Assembly (NCBI GenBank): GCA_015680685.1
Contig: MNCI01000456.1
Span: forward strand, 433,325 to 497,324
DNA length: 64,000 nt
Direction: 5' to 3'
Source of the DNA: Gnetum montanum
Lineage: Eukaryota > Plantae > Gnetophyta
Every line of letters starts with the position of its first letter. Position 1 is the first letter of the stretch. Below are positions 52,201 through 64,000 of the stretch, piece after piece. The notes below the pieces were generated by a model. The model saw only the letters and a program-made list of their open reading frames with translations. It was not told where the DNA came from and did not search any database. The position numbers and the translations under genes were made by a program.

Positions 52201-54613
52201 GATTAAGGACCTTGAGAAATGGCTGCGTGTGCCACGAGGTTTAGAGCACGTGCATTTCCCAAGTCTCTTTCTCAAGTGACAACTCTTGGGGTGGAGCCTG
52301 CACGTATTGTGCACTTGATCCTAGAGACTGGTATGTGCTATAACTGGGCACAGTTTCTAGTTTTGGGATTCCATGGGAAGATCATCAGATTGCACTCTAA
52401 CGTGAATGTGCAGTCCCACTTTACTTTTGCATTTTTTGTGGTCTATCTCCATAGGTTTGCCGAGTTCTTAGTGGTCTATTGAGATTATCATTATGTGTTA
52501 AGGGATCGCTCACAGTTGTCTCGCCCCTGGATCCATCATTTATTTGACACCACCAGATCCCAAGATCCACCCGAAGGTATCGACGAATCAGTCTCCCTTA
52601 CCACAGGAGGTGCAACCAGTTGTTCCGACCACTCACGTGATAGCTTGGGGTTGGAACCACCCATACTACACACAGCTACCAAGAGGGCCAAGCGCTTGAT
52701 CCAAGAGACCATTGGAAAGGCCAAGGCTAAGGTGAAAAGAGTTGAGTGTTTAAGAGATCCTGTTACGGAGACGAGGCCACCAAGGGCAAAGAAGATTTAA
52801 TTCACCTTACCAAAGTGGGTAAGTATTATCTTCATTTATTTATTATTATTATTATTTTCTTTTTTAAAAAAATTTTTTATTTTTTGGCCTTTTGAATTTA
52901 TTTTCTTAAACATGCATATCTATTATGTCATGCTAACTTTCTATTTGTTGGTGTTAACAGAGTGTACCCCTGAGAGGGAAAGGGAAGAATTAGCCCCAAT
53001 GGGTGAACCTAAAATGGTTATCATTGGGTGTGATGAAGAGGAGGAAACTAGATAAGAAGCAGTTGAGCCTACTCCCATCTCATGGGAAGAGGGTACAATG
53101 AACTCCATGGACGTGACACTTGCTGAAGCTCTAGATGCCCTTAGACATTTGAGCGAGGAGAAAGATGTCTTTGATGGTTTCTTTGATGGGTCTCTACACC
53201 TTGGTGATCTACCTGAGCTGACCAGCAAGGGGCCTCTTGGTAAGTCTTGTTAGCTTGACTCACATTTCGTACTTCTTAGCTTTGTATATTATTTTGACTA
53301 TCATGGCTTTTCTTAACATCAGACCTAAATGCCCAAGTGCCTGAAGCACATGTATCTCAGGCAAATGGGTTGGAGTCAGAGGCCCTAGTTGAGGTGCCTT
53401 CCCATGCAAATTCAACATCCATCAATCCATTGAGGCCATGGCATGAGATGCCAAATAAGGTAGACTTGTTACTGTCATTGTCAATGATGTTGTTGCTCAT
53501 CTGCAATAGGCCCACCCTAAATTAGGTGTGTACTTTATACTGAGCACTTGGGTTCATTGTATTTATGCATCTGTTGGGGTTTTCTCGTTGGCTCATATAT
53601 GTAATGCTTGTGCTTATAGGTGCAAAGCTTCAATGGAGCCCTTTTGAGACTACCCATATTGATAGTCTTCCAGAATTTCCCAAGGATGTTGAGCAGGTTC
53701 CAAGAAGTATTTATGATGCAGTTTTGGGTTGTGTTATTCCAAATGCAAAGTCTCTCTGGACCTACAGGCACTCAATTGAACAGTTATGGCTTGAAATTCA
53801 ATCATTGAAAGGGAATTTGGCAAAAGTAACAGAGGAAAGGGATGACTTGCAGGCCCATTATGATTTTGCCTCTGTTAGATTGGCTAGTGATAGTACTTGG
53901 CGAACATCCGAAATCACCTATGCACATTATTGGGCAAGCTTGAATAGCAAGGTGCAGGCAATTCGGGATCTGGCCGAACAGTGGGCCTAGATGGATTTGT
54001 TAAATAAGAAGTGCCACAATTGGAAGTACTTTGCATCCAAGGTACACAAATGAGGCCAAGATCAGAAAGATCACAAGCACCAATACAAAAAATGGTTAAA
54101 GGAGGAATCAGTCGAACGTCGCCAGTTGGAGATGTTCGTGGAAGGGTTAGGCGTGCGCTCTTCCTATGAGAAGTTTGTTGAGTGTACAAAGGTGGAAGGC
54201 TCTCCTGAGAGGTCCATTATCACCACCTCTGGTGAAGCTTTAACAAGCATGTTTTCTCTTGAGCGTCCTTCCTGGTCTTTAGTGGACAAGGACAAAATCT
54301 TGGCCAACATCGACCTCAGACTTGAGAGAGATTGGGCATGTGTGTCTGAAGAGAAGATTTTACGGTTTCTGGAGCTAATCTCAGGCCTTCCCCAGCTATG
54401 AGTATTTTAGTCTAATATTGTTTTATTGCCTTTAGTCATCATCATTTTCTTTAGTATTTTTGTTTTGTTCTTTTAATCTATTTATGTTTGCTTACTTATT
54501 TTATTGTTTTTTGGTGATAGGGACATGTTGATGATGAGGTTGGCCCCAGTGGGACCAAATTTGGTGATGCAGAGGACTTTCGGGACCAACCCCCTCCTAA
54601 TGCCAGTGCCTGA
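49299..54613 (+). pseudogene. Antisense multi-exon accessory gene of C (candidate first exon 49299-49319; main exons 50942-54613)
   Basis: PFLLVVELMGVL...EFLSFILQGFRMVIWSH...LTHVWELPSCNHYNSNNTLFL; TQVRGVKVVFHLTAEFFSNICGIPADG; coiled-coil-like IEQLWLEIQSLKGNLAKVTEERDDLQ; GTAAG donors at 51392, 51747, 52819, 53240. Confidence 0.8.
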
Positions 54614-55188
54614 TTTGGCTTGTTAGCCTTGTCATTCGATTTTTAGTTTTTTTTTTTTTTGGATTGTTGTTTTATTTTTTGGAATGTGTGAGGACAGATG
54701 TAACATGATCATGGTGTAATATGCTATCATTTTGTATTGCATAAATGTTGTTTCCTTTTTATTTGTGAACGTAAGTGTAAACTAGAGACACGTCTAGTAA
54801 AATGAAAATTGTAACTTGCAAAATGTCAGCAATAATGACGTAGCGACGTTTCAATGAATTGACAATGCACTGTGTTCTAGTTTAAGGCCATTTCGGGCCA
54901 TGGGTATCAGTTTGGTGGACTATCGCATTTTTTTGTCAAAGTGGTTGAAGAGACTGTAGCCATTTCAGTGAATTTAGAAGAACCAGTCATTTTTGACCAT
55001 GGCTAGTCTAGCGTCATTACGGATGGCTAGTTTAGCGTCGTTACGGACATGTGCTAGTTTAATGTCATTCCGAACATTTGGTAGTTTTACGCCATTTGAG
55101 ACGTTTGGTAGTTTTACATCATTTCGGACGTTTAGTAGTTTTAACAATTTAGTTGCTTTAATTTTTGAAACTTGACATGGTATGTTGG

Positions 55189-58100
55189 TCATGTCAGTAT
55201 AATCGTATATTTAGTGTGTCCATAGCTAATTATGTTAAATGGTAATTCTGACCATGAGATGTCTGGGGGGATGACCCCTATGTCAGCATGTTCTGATTTT
55301 TCCACGTTTTGTAATGTTTCCATATCTTCTAGGGGATCACGATTTGGAGGTTGGTTATCACTTTGGGTTTTATCTGATTTATTGTCTTGTTTAGGCTCAT
55401 CGGTGATGTCATCTTGTTTAAACTCAGGGGTAGTGTTGTCAGGTTTAGGTTCATCACATTCAACCTCTGAGTCTTGGTTTGTGCCTACATGTGAAGAGAT
55501 GTTAGGTGTAGCTGCATCACCATGTATAATGATTTCACCACCTTTGTAAGGTAAGTGAATCTCTTGATGAATGGGCGAGGATACAGCTCTTGATTGGGTT
55601 AACCAAGGTCGTCCTAAAATCAAGTTGAATCCTAGCATCTCATCTATGACTACAAACTTGGCCAAGGTGGGGAACTAATCCCCTGCTATGAAGTCCAAAG
55701 TGAGTGTTCCTTTTACTATGACATGTGATCCACTGAATGATTTTAGTAATGTCGTGGATGTTGGTTTTATCAGCTCTGTGAGCCCTAATTGTTCGATGAC
55801 GGGGAACAGTACCACATTTTTGGTGGCCCCATCATCAACATGCACCCTATGTATTTTAAACTAGTTGACTTGTATGATTATGAACATAGTTGTGGTGGTG
55901 ACTTCTCCTATTTTTTTATCCCTTTTAATGTTATCTTCATGGAAGTCTAGTGATGTGGACTTAGATCTTTGATGTGGAGACATTACTGCATGAATGGATG
56001 GTTCAGTTGCAAGTACATTTTCACTGACAGGGATCGATGTTAACATATGCACTAGAGCTTCACAGTGTACTTGAGAAGTCATCATTAGGTCATACAAGCT
56101 TAGCAAAGTATTCTTTTGTTTGAGGGCCTGTGTGACCTGGGTTAGGGCACTAGCCAAGTCTTTGCTATGCAGCATGTTCTTGTTAGTCAAGACTTGGTCC
56201 ATTTGGCCTAACAGTTGTATTTCTTGATAAAAGGTTATTGGCTGGTCTACTGTAATTGTTGGTTTTGGCTCCTTGGGCATTCCTGATTTTTCAACTTGGC
56301 TACTTGTGCTTGGCTCATTAGTTGTTAGAGCCATTGGTATAGCATTTAATGGAGTGAGTTTTGGGGGCCCCAACTCACGACCTTGATATTCTCTTTTCAA
56401 ACGTTCCCTGGTCAACCTATCCGTAAGGCGTTCTTGCAAAGGACGTGGGGGAACCATTGGGGTTTGAACATCTGGTTGCTTCGGGACCTCAATGACAAAT
56501 GGAATAGGGCAGGTTTGCGATGAAACTTTTTGTGGTTGAATGTCGGGATGTTTAGGCGCCCGGATCACAAATGAAGTGGGACGGATTTGCAATTGAATTG
56601 TTGGATTTTGAACATCAGGTTGTTTAGATTCCCTGATGGCAAATGGAGTTGGTCTGGTTTGGGGTTGTACTTCTACCGTTGCAATAGCAGGTGGTACTTG
56701 GATCACAAAGGGAGCAGGCTGGGTTGGTGATGGTGCATTTTCGGTTTCATCGGCAAAAGGCACATGGATCACAAATGGGACTGGTTTGGTTTGCTGGGGT
56801 ACATTCGTTGTCGCTACTGCAGGAGGCACGCAGGTGATGAACAGTTTTTGCAATGTGGAGGATGTATATATTGGAGGCGAGGTTTGGGGAGATGGTTTTG
56901 ACATTGTAGGAACACAAATCACGAAGGGTTTTCTAGGTATTTCTTGTTCATTGCTGATATGTATTGTGTTGATCACGTAAGGAGCCTCCTTGGTGTTAAG
57001 GGGATCCTTATACACGCCTATAGTCTGATTTTGCGACTTTACAGGGTTAGCTTTGTCAAAAGTTATTTCACCCCTATCAATCATACGTTGTATGTCTTAT
57101 TTTAGGCTGAAACAGTAATCAGTTCCATGGTCATTTCTTTGATGGTATTCACAAAATCTATCCAACCTAAAGCCTCTCGACATAGGAGGCTCATTCGGTG
57201 TTGCCAAGCTTGGGTTTCTAACCAATTCATAGTATTGGTCATGTCTTTGGGCTGTTGCAGGAGACAACTGCTTATGTTTAATGGCCCCGACCTTTAAAAG
57301 TTGATCTAGCAGCTGCGAAGGCTTCATAGGCAACGGTGTATATTGATCAGGTTCTTTTCTCTCAAATGTGCTGGCGTGACTTGTATTAGCAGTTTGCATG
57401 AAGGATGGTTTGGGTGTGGGTGCAGGAACAGTTCTCTCATAGTTAATGGGAATAGTAGGTTGTTTCCCTTTTTTTCCAGCATTTTTGGGTTGAGTTGTCT
57501 CCACTACTGCCGCCACTATTGCTTTAGCCTTGTCTTTGTCTTTCTTCGTGTGTTGATTTTTAAAGGCTGAGTAAGCAGGGTCATGACTATTTTGGGCTGC
57601 CTCCTCTTTGTTCTTTATCTGTACAAAAGCTTGACTCAAGGTGCGAGCGTTTAGATAGTAGAGCCTTGACTTAATGAAGTCATTTATAGCTCCTTTAAGA
57701 ATCGTGAGTAGGTATGTTTCCGGGATTGGCTCGTGAAGTTCATTAAGCGCAGCACTCCATCTCTGAATGAACTTTTGCACAGGTTCTAGCGGTGCTTGCT
57801 TCACCTGGATCAGACTATCCAAGGTCGCTTCAGGCTCCAAGTTGTATTTAAACCTAGTAACAAACTGGTGTAATACATCCTCTAGAGAGGATATAGAGTT
57901 ACGAGGTAAGGATCTATACTAGTCTAGGGCTCTTCTGGTTAACGACATGGCGAACACGTGTAGGATTGCATGGGGCCAAGCTTGAAGCAACACACACTCT
58001 AATCTGACTGTTACTAAGTGGGAATTAGGATCTCCTTCCCCATTATACTTTGTTAATTAAGGCAATGAAACTCCCTTGGGTAAAGTTAAAGGTGGTACTG

Positions 58101-59270
58101 AGGAACTGATCGGATCATCTTGGTAGAAGTCCAATACCTTAAGCTCCCAGTGTTAATAGTTTTGAGGCACTTTACCTCATTAGTGAGCTCTTACATCATT
58201 TTTTTTGGCTTCAGCCCATTCTTGGGCACTCGGTGGGGCAGTAGGTTGTTTGGTTTGAGTATTATACAAGTTAGACTGTTGTATGGTTGGTAAGAACGAT
58301 GACTGTTGAGTTGTTGATGGTTGTACTTGAGTGATGTTCATGGATGGAATTGTAGCAAGTGGTATGCTGTAATGAGCGGGTTGATGTTGTTGCGGGCCAG
58401 ACATGGTCCATTGTCCAATTACAAATTATGAGGGAACACCCTGAACCTGTTGAGTCGAAGTGGTGAAGGGTGTTCCTTGGACTTGCACTCATGGTATATA
58501 GTGAGTAGACATGGTAGCGGGTATCACAGATGGCATTCCAATTACTTGGGATGGGAAGGTCACTCCTGCATTCATTTGAGAGGGGAGTTGTTGGGGTCAT
58601 ATTTGTAGGAGAGGAGATAACGTGGTGATCGGGGGAATAACAGAGATGGGTGTGTTGAATTGAGCATTGGTCATGGAAAGAGTGGGAGTGAGAGTGGGTG
58701 CTTCTGTTGAGATACATGTGCTTGAGTGCTTTTAAATGCATGAAGGGACATGGTCTCCCCCGTGAAAGGGTGGAATAACAGGTTCGCGTAAGTATGTGGA
58801 CTGAGAGTATGGTATGAATCCCCATGCTCAGATTGAGTTGCGAAATTATCTTCCTCATCTTCGTTTTGAGGCTCTACGGCGGGTTGGCGTGAAGTTTGAT
58901 TCCTTGCCATGAGGAGTTGGGATAGGTGTTCATGGTGGGATTCAATGATGGGGATGACATCATAGGTAGTGGGAGTGAATTCATGACCTCCTTTGTGAAT
59001 TAGCTCATAGTGTCTCTTTACTTCTAGTTCAGTTTGGTCGATGGCCAGGTTAGCCTCGATTTTAACACAAATAAAGTTATATTCTTCGGGCGTTAGGATG
59101 GTGAACATGGGATCTTTACCTTGCAATCTCAGTGACTGGCAAGGTGGCCCCTAAAGGTTCATCTTGCCAAGAGAAACTATGGCTTCGATGGTGGTGACAG
59201 GACCCGAGATTGTGATTTTGAAGTCGAAGATGGGCAAAGCGGTGGTGTTGGTCTATGCGAGGTCCATTAT
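55189..59270 (-). pseudogene. gag: gag-protease of C
   Basis: Colinear homology to B gag; FCEYHQRNDHGTDYC knuckle; protease VHVDDGA...FNLILGRPWL...SPIHQEI. Confidence 0.88.
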
Positions 59271-59974
59271 GAGTGATTGTGAGGACAGCGTGTGGAAGGG
59301 ATTAGCGCATAAGAGAGAGAAAATACGTGCTAATTGTCAACAACGTATGAAATATGCAGCGTATGGCAAGAAACTATGAGCAACATGTAAAATATGCAAC
59401 GTATGACAAGTGCAGGCAACGTAAGGAAGAATAGACAGCATATGAAATGATACAAGCAGTGTACGACAATACAGTGTTTCAGCGTGTATCCCAAACAAGC
59501 TAGATTGTGTCCACCCTAAACTGATGCAACAACGTGTAACCATGAAAAGGGAAAATAGCATGTGAATGCTGAAGTAGAGCATGTTGCCGGGAAACTGTAA
59601 TGCAGTGTCTAACCTATGGGACAGTGTGTGGACGCTAAGTGCAGCATCTAGGAGGGGAAACTAAGTTGCTAGACGCTTTCCACGTCGTCTGAGAAGGGAG
59701 AAAATGATGAGAGATGCTGATAACAACGTCTAAAGCTGGAACGGAATGCAAGACACTAGGGGCAGCATCAGGATTTGAGAACAGAGTGCAGGATGCTGTG
59801 GTTTAAACAGCGTCTGGAAATTCAGAAATAGTGTCTGAGGTTGAGAGAGCAGGGTTTAATAGTAGAAAGCAGCACCTGGATGCTGGGAACAAGGGAACAT
59901 GGAAATGCTAGCAACAAGGCAGCGTGTGGAGTCCAGATTTGGGATCTTGAGAAGCAGATGCAGACAGAGAGCAG

Positions 59975-59991
59975 CCCTCCTTCTAGCGCCA
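59975..59991 (-). promoter_or_regulatory. PBS of C, complementary to the 3' end of plant tRNA-Asn
   Basis: TGGCGCTAGAAGGAGGG on the minus strand, 6 nt from the LTR end; the tRNA identity is from recall of the plant tRNA-Asn 3' end. Confidence 0.85.
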
Positions 59992-59997
59992 ATTTAC

Positions 59998-62107
59998 TAT
60001 ACTATCCGAAATCGTCGGCACGAGGCTGGAATGAAACGGATGCCGAGAGATCTACGGAAGGTACAGTAAGACCCCACCTTCGCACAAGGACAAGCTAGAA
60101 ATAAGCGAAGGTAGAGTGCCTTGAATGGTCTACGTGCAAATCAAACAAGGACTTCCCCTAACATATGCTATCGTGATGCACTGGGTTATACATAAATTGA
60201 TGCAAACGAATGCGTAAATGCACGAAATGTGAAATGAAAGCAGAATGTAAACAAAGATAACAGAAATTGTAATAAATGTAAATGGCATAAACAGAGAACA
60301 ATGGATGGCAAAATTACAATAATATGTATTAATGGATGATTACAAAAAAGAGGTGCACCAGTCATAACGCAGTTGCAGATTAATCGCAAGGTGGTTGTTT
60401 AGCCCCAATGCGAAGAGTGTATAAACACTGTGAGATTGTAAGTTTCTGGTTGCAGGTGTGCAGTGTGACCAAAATTGCCCCAAATGCTCAGCGTGACTAA
60501 GTCTGGGTAATGCCCAATCGTGCCAGATAATGATGATCCGATTCGCCCACCTCTCTTAATCTTGATGTCCCAAAATTGCCAACCCTCTTTAAGTGAAAAA
60601 ATAGGGTATTTATAGGGTTTTTAGGTGTGGGATTTGGATCTGGATAATGATCTATGGCCGTGAGGTGCGAAACATGTGGATCAGGTGATAGGTATGTGCG
60701 TTGACCAGATCCATGATATGATACAATGTACAGCGTATGGCATGACCAAGTCTTACGCTGGCGTGTGAAATCCACAGCGTAAGAGCTTGGAATGCTCAAA
60801 GAATAATAATAAAAAAAGAATTTACAAAATAATGCCCTATTACATCAGAGAATTTTATCTCTGGCCTTCTAAAACTGTGTTCTGGCGTGTCCTAGCATCT
60901 TGGTGTCAACCTCCAATGTCCAGCGTGTGAGCATCCAGCATATGAAACAAGAAAGATGAATTTGGAGCCCATTTTCGACCTTTGAAACACGTTCCAAGAG
61001 TGGATCTGGATGCCTAAGGTCTAAAGGGTGTTGTGTGTCGGATTTGGACTCATTTGGAGGCTGTTTTGGCTCTGTTTTGGTTGGTCATGTTGTGGTCACG
61101 CTATGCAACGTGACCAAGTGTTCATGCTTTGTTTTGAACTAATTCTTGGATGCTAATCCCATTTTTTAATGCCTGACTACTACCTATTCTCTAGGGTGGT
61201 CTAGGTGTTGATTTTGAGTCTATTTTGCTTTTGTTTCAGGCCTGTTTTGCTTCTATTTTAGGCCTGTTTAGCTTGCTCACGCTAGGTTACGCTGTGCAAC
61301 GTGACCTCAGCGTGACTAACTAAAAATGCATCATTTGAAGCCTAAAGTTGGATTTTCAAGAGCCTATGAGCAAGTAGACTTGTTTCCTGTTCCTTGGGGG
61401 TGCATTCCATGATGAAAACTTGCCCAAAACTGCTTGATTTCAGCTATTTTGGGTTGGTCACGCTGTGTAGTGTGACCAAAGTGTGACACCAGCGTGAACA
61501 ACTGAAAATTTCATGTTTGAGGCCTACACCTTGATTTTCTGAAACCTGCAGATATGTACAGGTGTTGCCTAGCTCTTGGGGGTTGAAACAATGTTGAAAT
61601 TCTGCCTAGAGGTGCTTGAATTGAGTTGTTCTAGCTTGGTCATGCTATGGTCACACTGTGCAGTGTGACCTTAGCGTGACTAACTAAGAATGACCCAAAA
61701 CATGTGATTTTGGGATTGAATCTTGAAGTTCTGAAGACTGGGAGCTATAGGGGGCACTGGTTAAGCTCACGAAGGGTCCATGTGCTCGAATTTGGGTTGT
61801 TTGGACCTAATTTTGGGGCTCCAAAAGTTGGTCACGCTGTACACACACAGGTCATACACTGGGTGGCGTGACCAAAGTGTGTGTGACCAAACTTGCACTT
61901 TTTGGAGCTAAAACTATTGATTCTTGATGTCAAGACTTGCTGTAATCATCTATGGGCCCCTGGGGGACCTTGCTTACTCCATTGTGTATCATTTCATGTT
62001 GTTTTGGAGGATCTCAAATTTGGGCACGCTGTACTCATGTTGGGTGGTAGGATGACTTAGCTTGAGTCCTGTCTAAAAGTGTTAGGCCAAAATCTTGTGG
62101 TGTTTCA
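59998..62107 (-). repeat. 5' LTR of C
   Basis: Repeat of 41503-43595. Confidence 0.92.
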
Positions 62108-63698
62108 TCATACATATCTTGAACTAGTGTGACACTACTAGGATTAACAAACGCTAATTTTTACTGGGTTACCAAGTGTTCCATGCATGCTCGAAGTGGT
62201 CATATTAAGTGTGCTTACTTGGGGGAGTTAACGAAAAGAGAGAGAGAGAGAGAGAGAACATTAATTAACTAAGAAAAGCATTAAATAACTGTAAATAACA
62301 TTAAATAAGCTATTTTGAATGCTGCAAGGTTTATTGCAAAGTTTTTCTTTATTTTTGACCACAAGGTGTGCTCAAGTACACAATGCTTGAATAAAGATCC
62401 ATTCACTTTATGACTCCTACTGCAGGCACTTAGAAATAATTCTAACTCTAAGGAAGGAAAACTACAAGATTTCAAGTAAGGGACTAAAACTAATTAACTA
62501 ACTATTTCCAAACCAAGTGCACCCACCTCCTATTTATAGGCAACAAGACAGGCCTCGATATCGAATGTCCGATATCATTTGGAAGGCTCCAATATCGCGT
62601 ACCCAATATCACGGATGCAATATCGTGGCCCCGATATCGTAGCTCATCAAATTTCTATAGAATTCCCCTATGGGGGATTCTATATTACTCCCAACTTGTT
62701 CAACCAATGTTGAAATTTCTACTTTTATTGATACAAAAATCTCTATTAATTCTCAAAATGCAAATTTACAAGTTTGTAAGAAAAACGTTGCAACACCTTC
62801 TTCTAGTGATGTTGATGCAATAAAGACACTTGATTTTGTTCTTCTTGATGATGCATATGATTCATTGTTTGTGATCTTTCATCACAATATGTGTTCATTG
62901 AAATTTTGGGTTACTTGCCTCATAATCAAAGTTTCATTTTGTAGTTAATGATGTGATGAAAAGCATGATAGCCAAGTCCTTCATGCTAGGTATTATTCTT
63001 GGTTTTTTTTAGCTTGTTGAGTTAGTCAATGCTTCAATGGTGTAGCATACCTTAGATATAGAATCTTTTATAGATAAGCATGTAGCATTAATTATTTGTA
63101 AGTGGATTCAAAATTTTGATGTCCAATCTAAAGAATATGCTAAAACCCCATGTTTTTTTGAGTTATATAATCTTTTTGTTGATTTTCAAAAAGTTGAGTA
63201 GGAAATCATTAGTCTTCTCAATATCATTAAGCATATGGAGTGTATCTCTACAACTTTCAGTTTTTGTAGACATTTTTTTGTTGAAGTCAACCTTCTCAAT
63301 TGTAAAAAAGAATTGGTATTACAAGTAGGAAGAAAGACTTATATTCAACCAATTACATAATCTTCCTAATTGTAGCAACCTTTGCCATCGTAAAGAACAT
63401 TTGTTTAATGCTTATTCCTTTCTACTTAAAAAAATTTCTAAAAAAAAAAAGAAAAAAAATGTGTGGAAGTTTAAGATAGAAAAAAATAATATGAAGTTGA
63501 AGATATAAAAAATCAAGTTAATGTCAATGATAAGAATGATCAAATGGCAATAAATAATCCAAAGAGGACAAAAGCTCCTATGTATATTTTTACTGATTCT
63601 AAAAATGTATTAAGTAGCCCAAATAAATAGCTTGTAAGGAAAATTTTACTAACTCAAAGATGAAAACTAGTGTTGATAAAAAGCTTACATTTAAGGGT

Positions 63699-64000
63699 TG
63701 ATGAGTGGCGAGGTACCCCTACACTCAACCATACGAAACGAGCATAGCACATGTGATCCAGTCGAACTCCGCAGACTAAATGCCTAAACGCCGTAAGGAA
63801 CACTTGGGGTTAATTAATCGTTGTCTTCCCAGACTTACTGGTTGTTGTCACGGTGTATGGTTAAGTAAGTCCGAGGTATATGATTTTTTTTTGGTCTTTT
63901 CAGGTTTATCTCCTATGCTAAAGGGTGAAGGGTTGAGAGAACTAACTACTCTAACTAATGTCCTAAGTCTAAATTAACTAGTGTCAGCATCCGTTCCCAC
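63699..64000 (-). repeat. Athila-like LTR of the D/E family running off the window
   Basis: tgatgagtggcgaggtacccctacactcaacc; no PBS to its left, so it is a 3' LTR or solo LTR. Confidence 0.85.

Larger units (their letters stand above)
41503..62107 (-). mobile_element. Tat-lineage Ty3/gypsy element C, full-length (about 20.6 kb), degenerate
   Basis: LTRs 41503-43595 and 59998-62107; PBS 59975-59991; PPT 43596-43608; TSD TTGTA/TCATA (both derivable from TCGTA). Confidence 0.93.
41184..62649 (-). repeat. 5' LTR of E, split by C into 41184-41502 and 62113-62649
   Basis: tgatgag...ctcatca terminal inverted repeat; degenerate Asp PBS at 41165-41182; both halves are colinear with the D LTR. Confidence 0.8.

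Noticed and set aside
62650-63698. AT-rich segment with short ORFs as a host gene fragment
   Set aside because: No recognisable domain or exon structure.

Overview
Plant intergenic or heterochromatic DNA made almost entirely of nested, degenerate Ty3/gypsy LTR retrotransposons; I found no intact host gene. Nesting was reconstructed from LTR pairs, PBS/PPT sites and target-site duplications (TSDs). Athila-like element E (1-674, 41064-41502, 62113-62649, minus) is split by Athila-like D (675-41058, minus), in which only gag and protease are visible. D contains Tat-type element A (5737-39733, minus, TSD CCTAC). A contains Tat-type element B (18233-37473, plus), preceded by a remnant of a tandem copy. 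Tat-type element C (41503-62107, minus) sits in E's LTR. Main observation: the three diverged Tat elements share an unusual layout (complete in B and C, partly deleted in A). gag-PR is separated from RT-RH-aRH-INT by about 6 kb that carries an antisense, multi-intron gene. Its predicted protein starts with an FCP1/NIF (HAD, CTD-phosphatase-like) domain, followed by a plant-transposon-protein-like domain. The gene lies head-to-head with the RT ORF, and conserved short-motif arrays occupy equivalent non-coding positions. Domain calls are by eye and need HMM confirmation.
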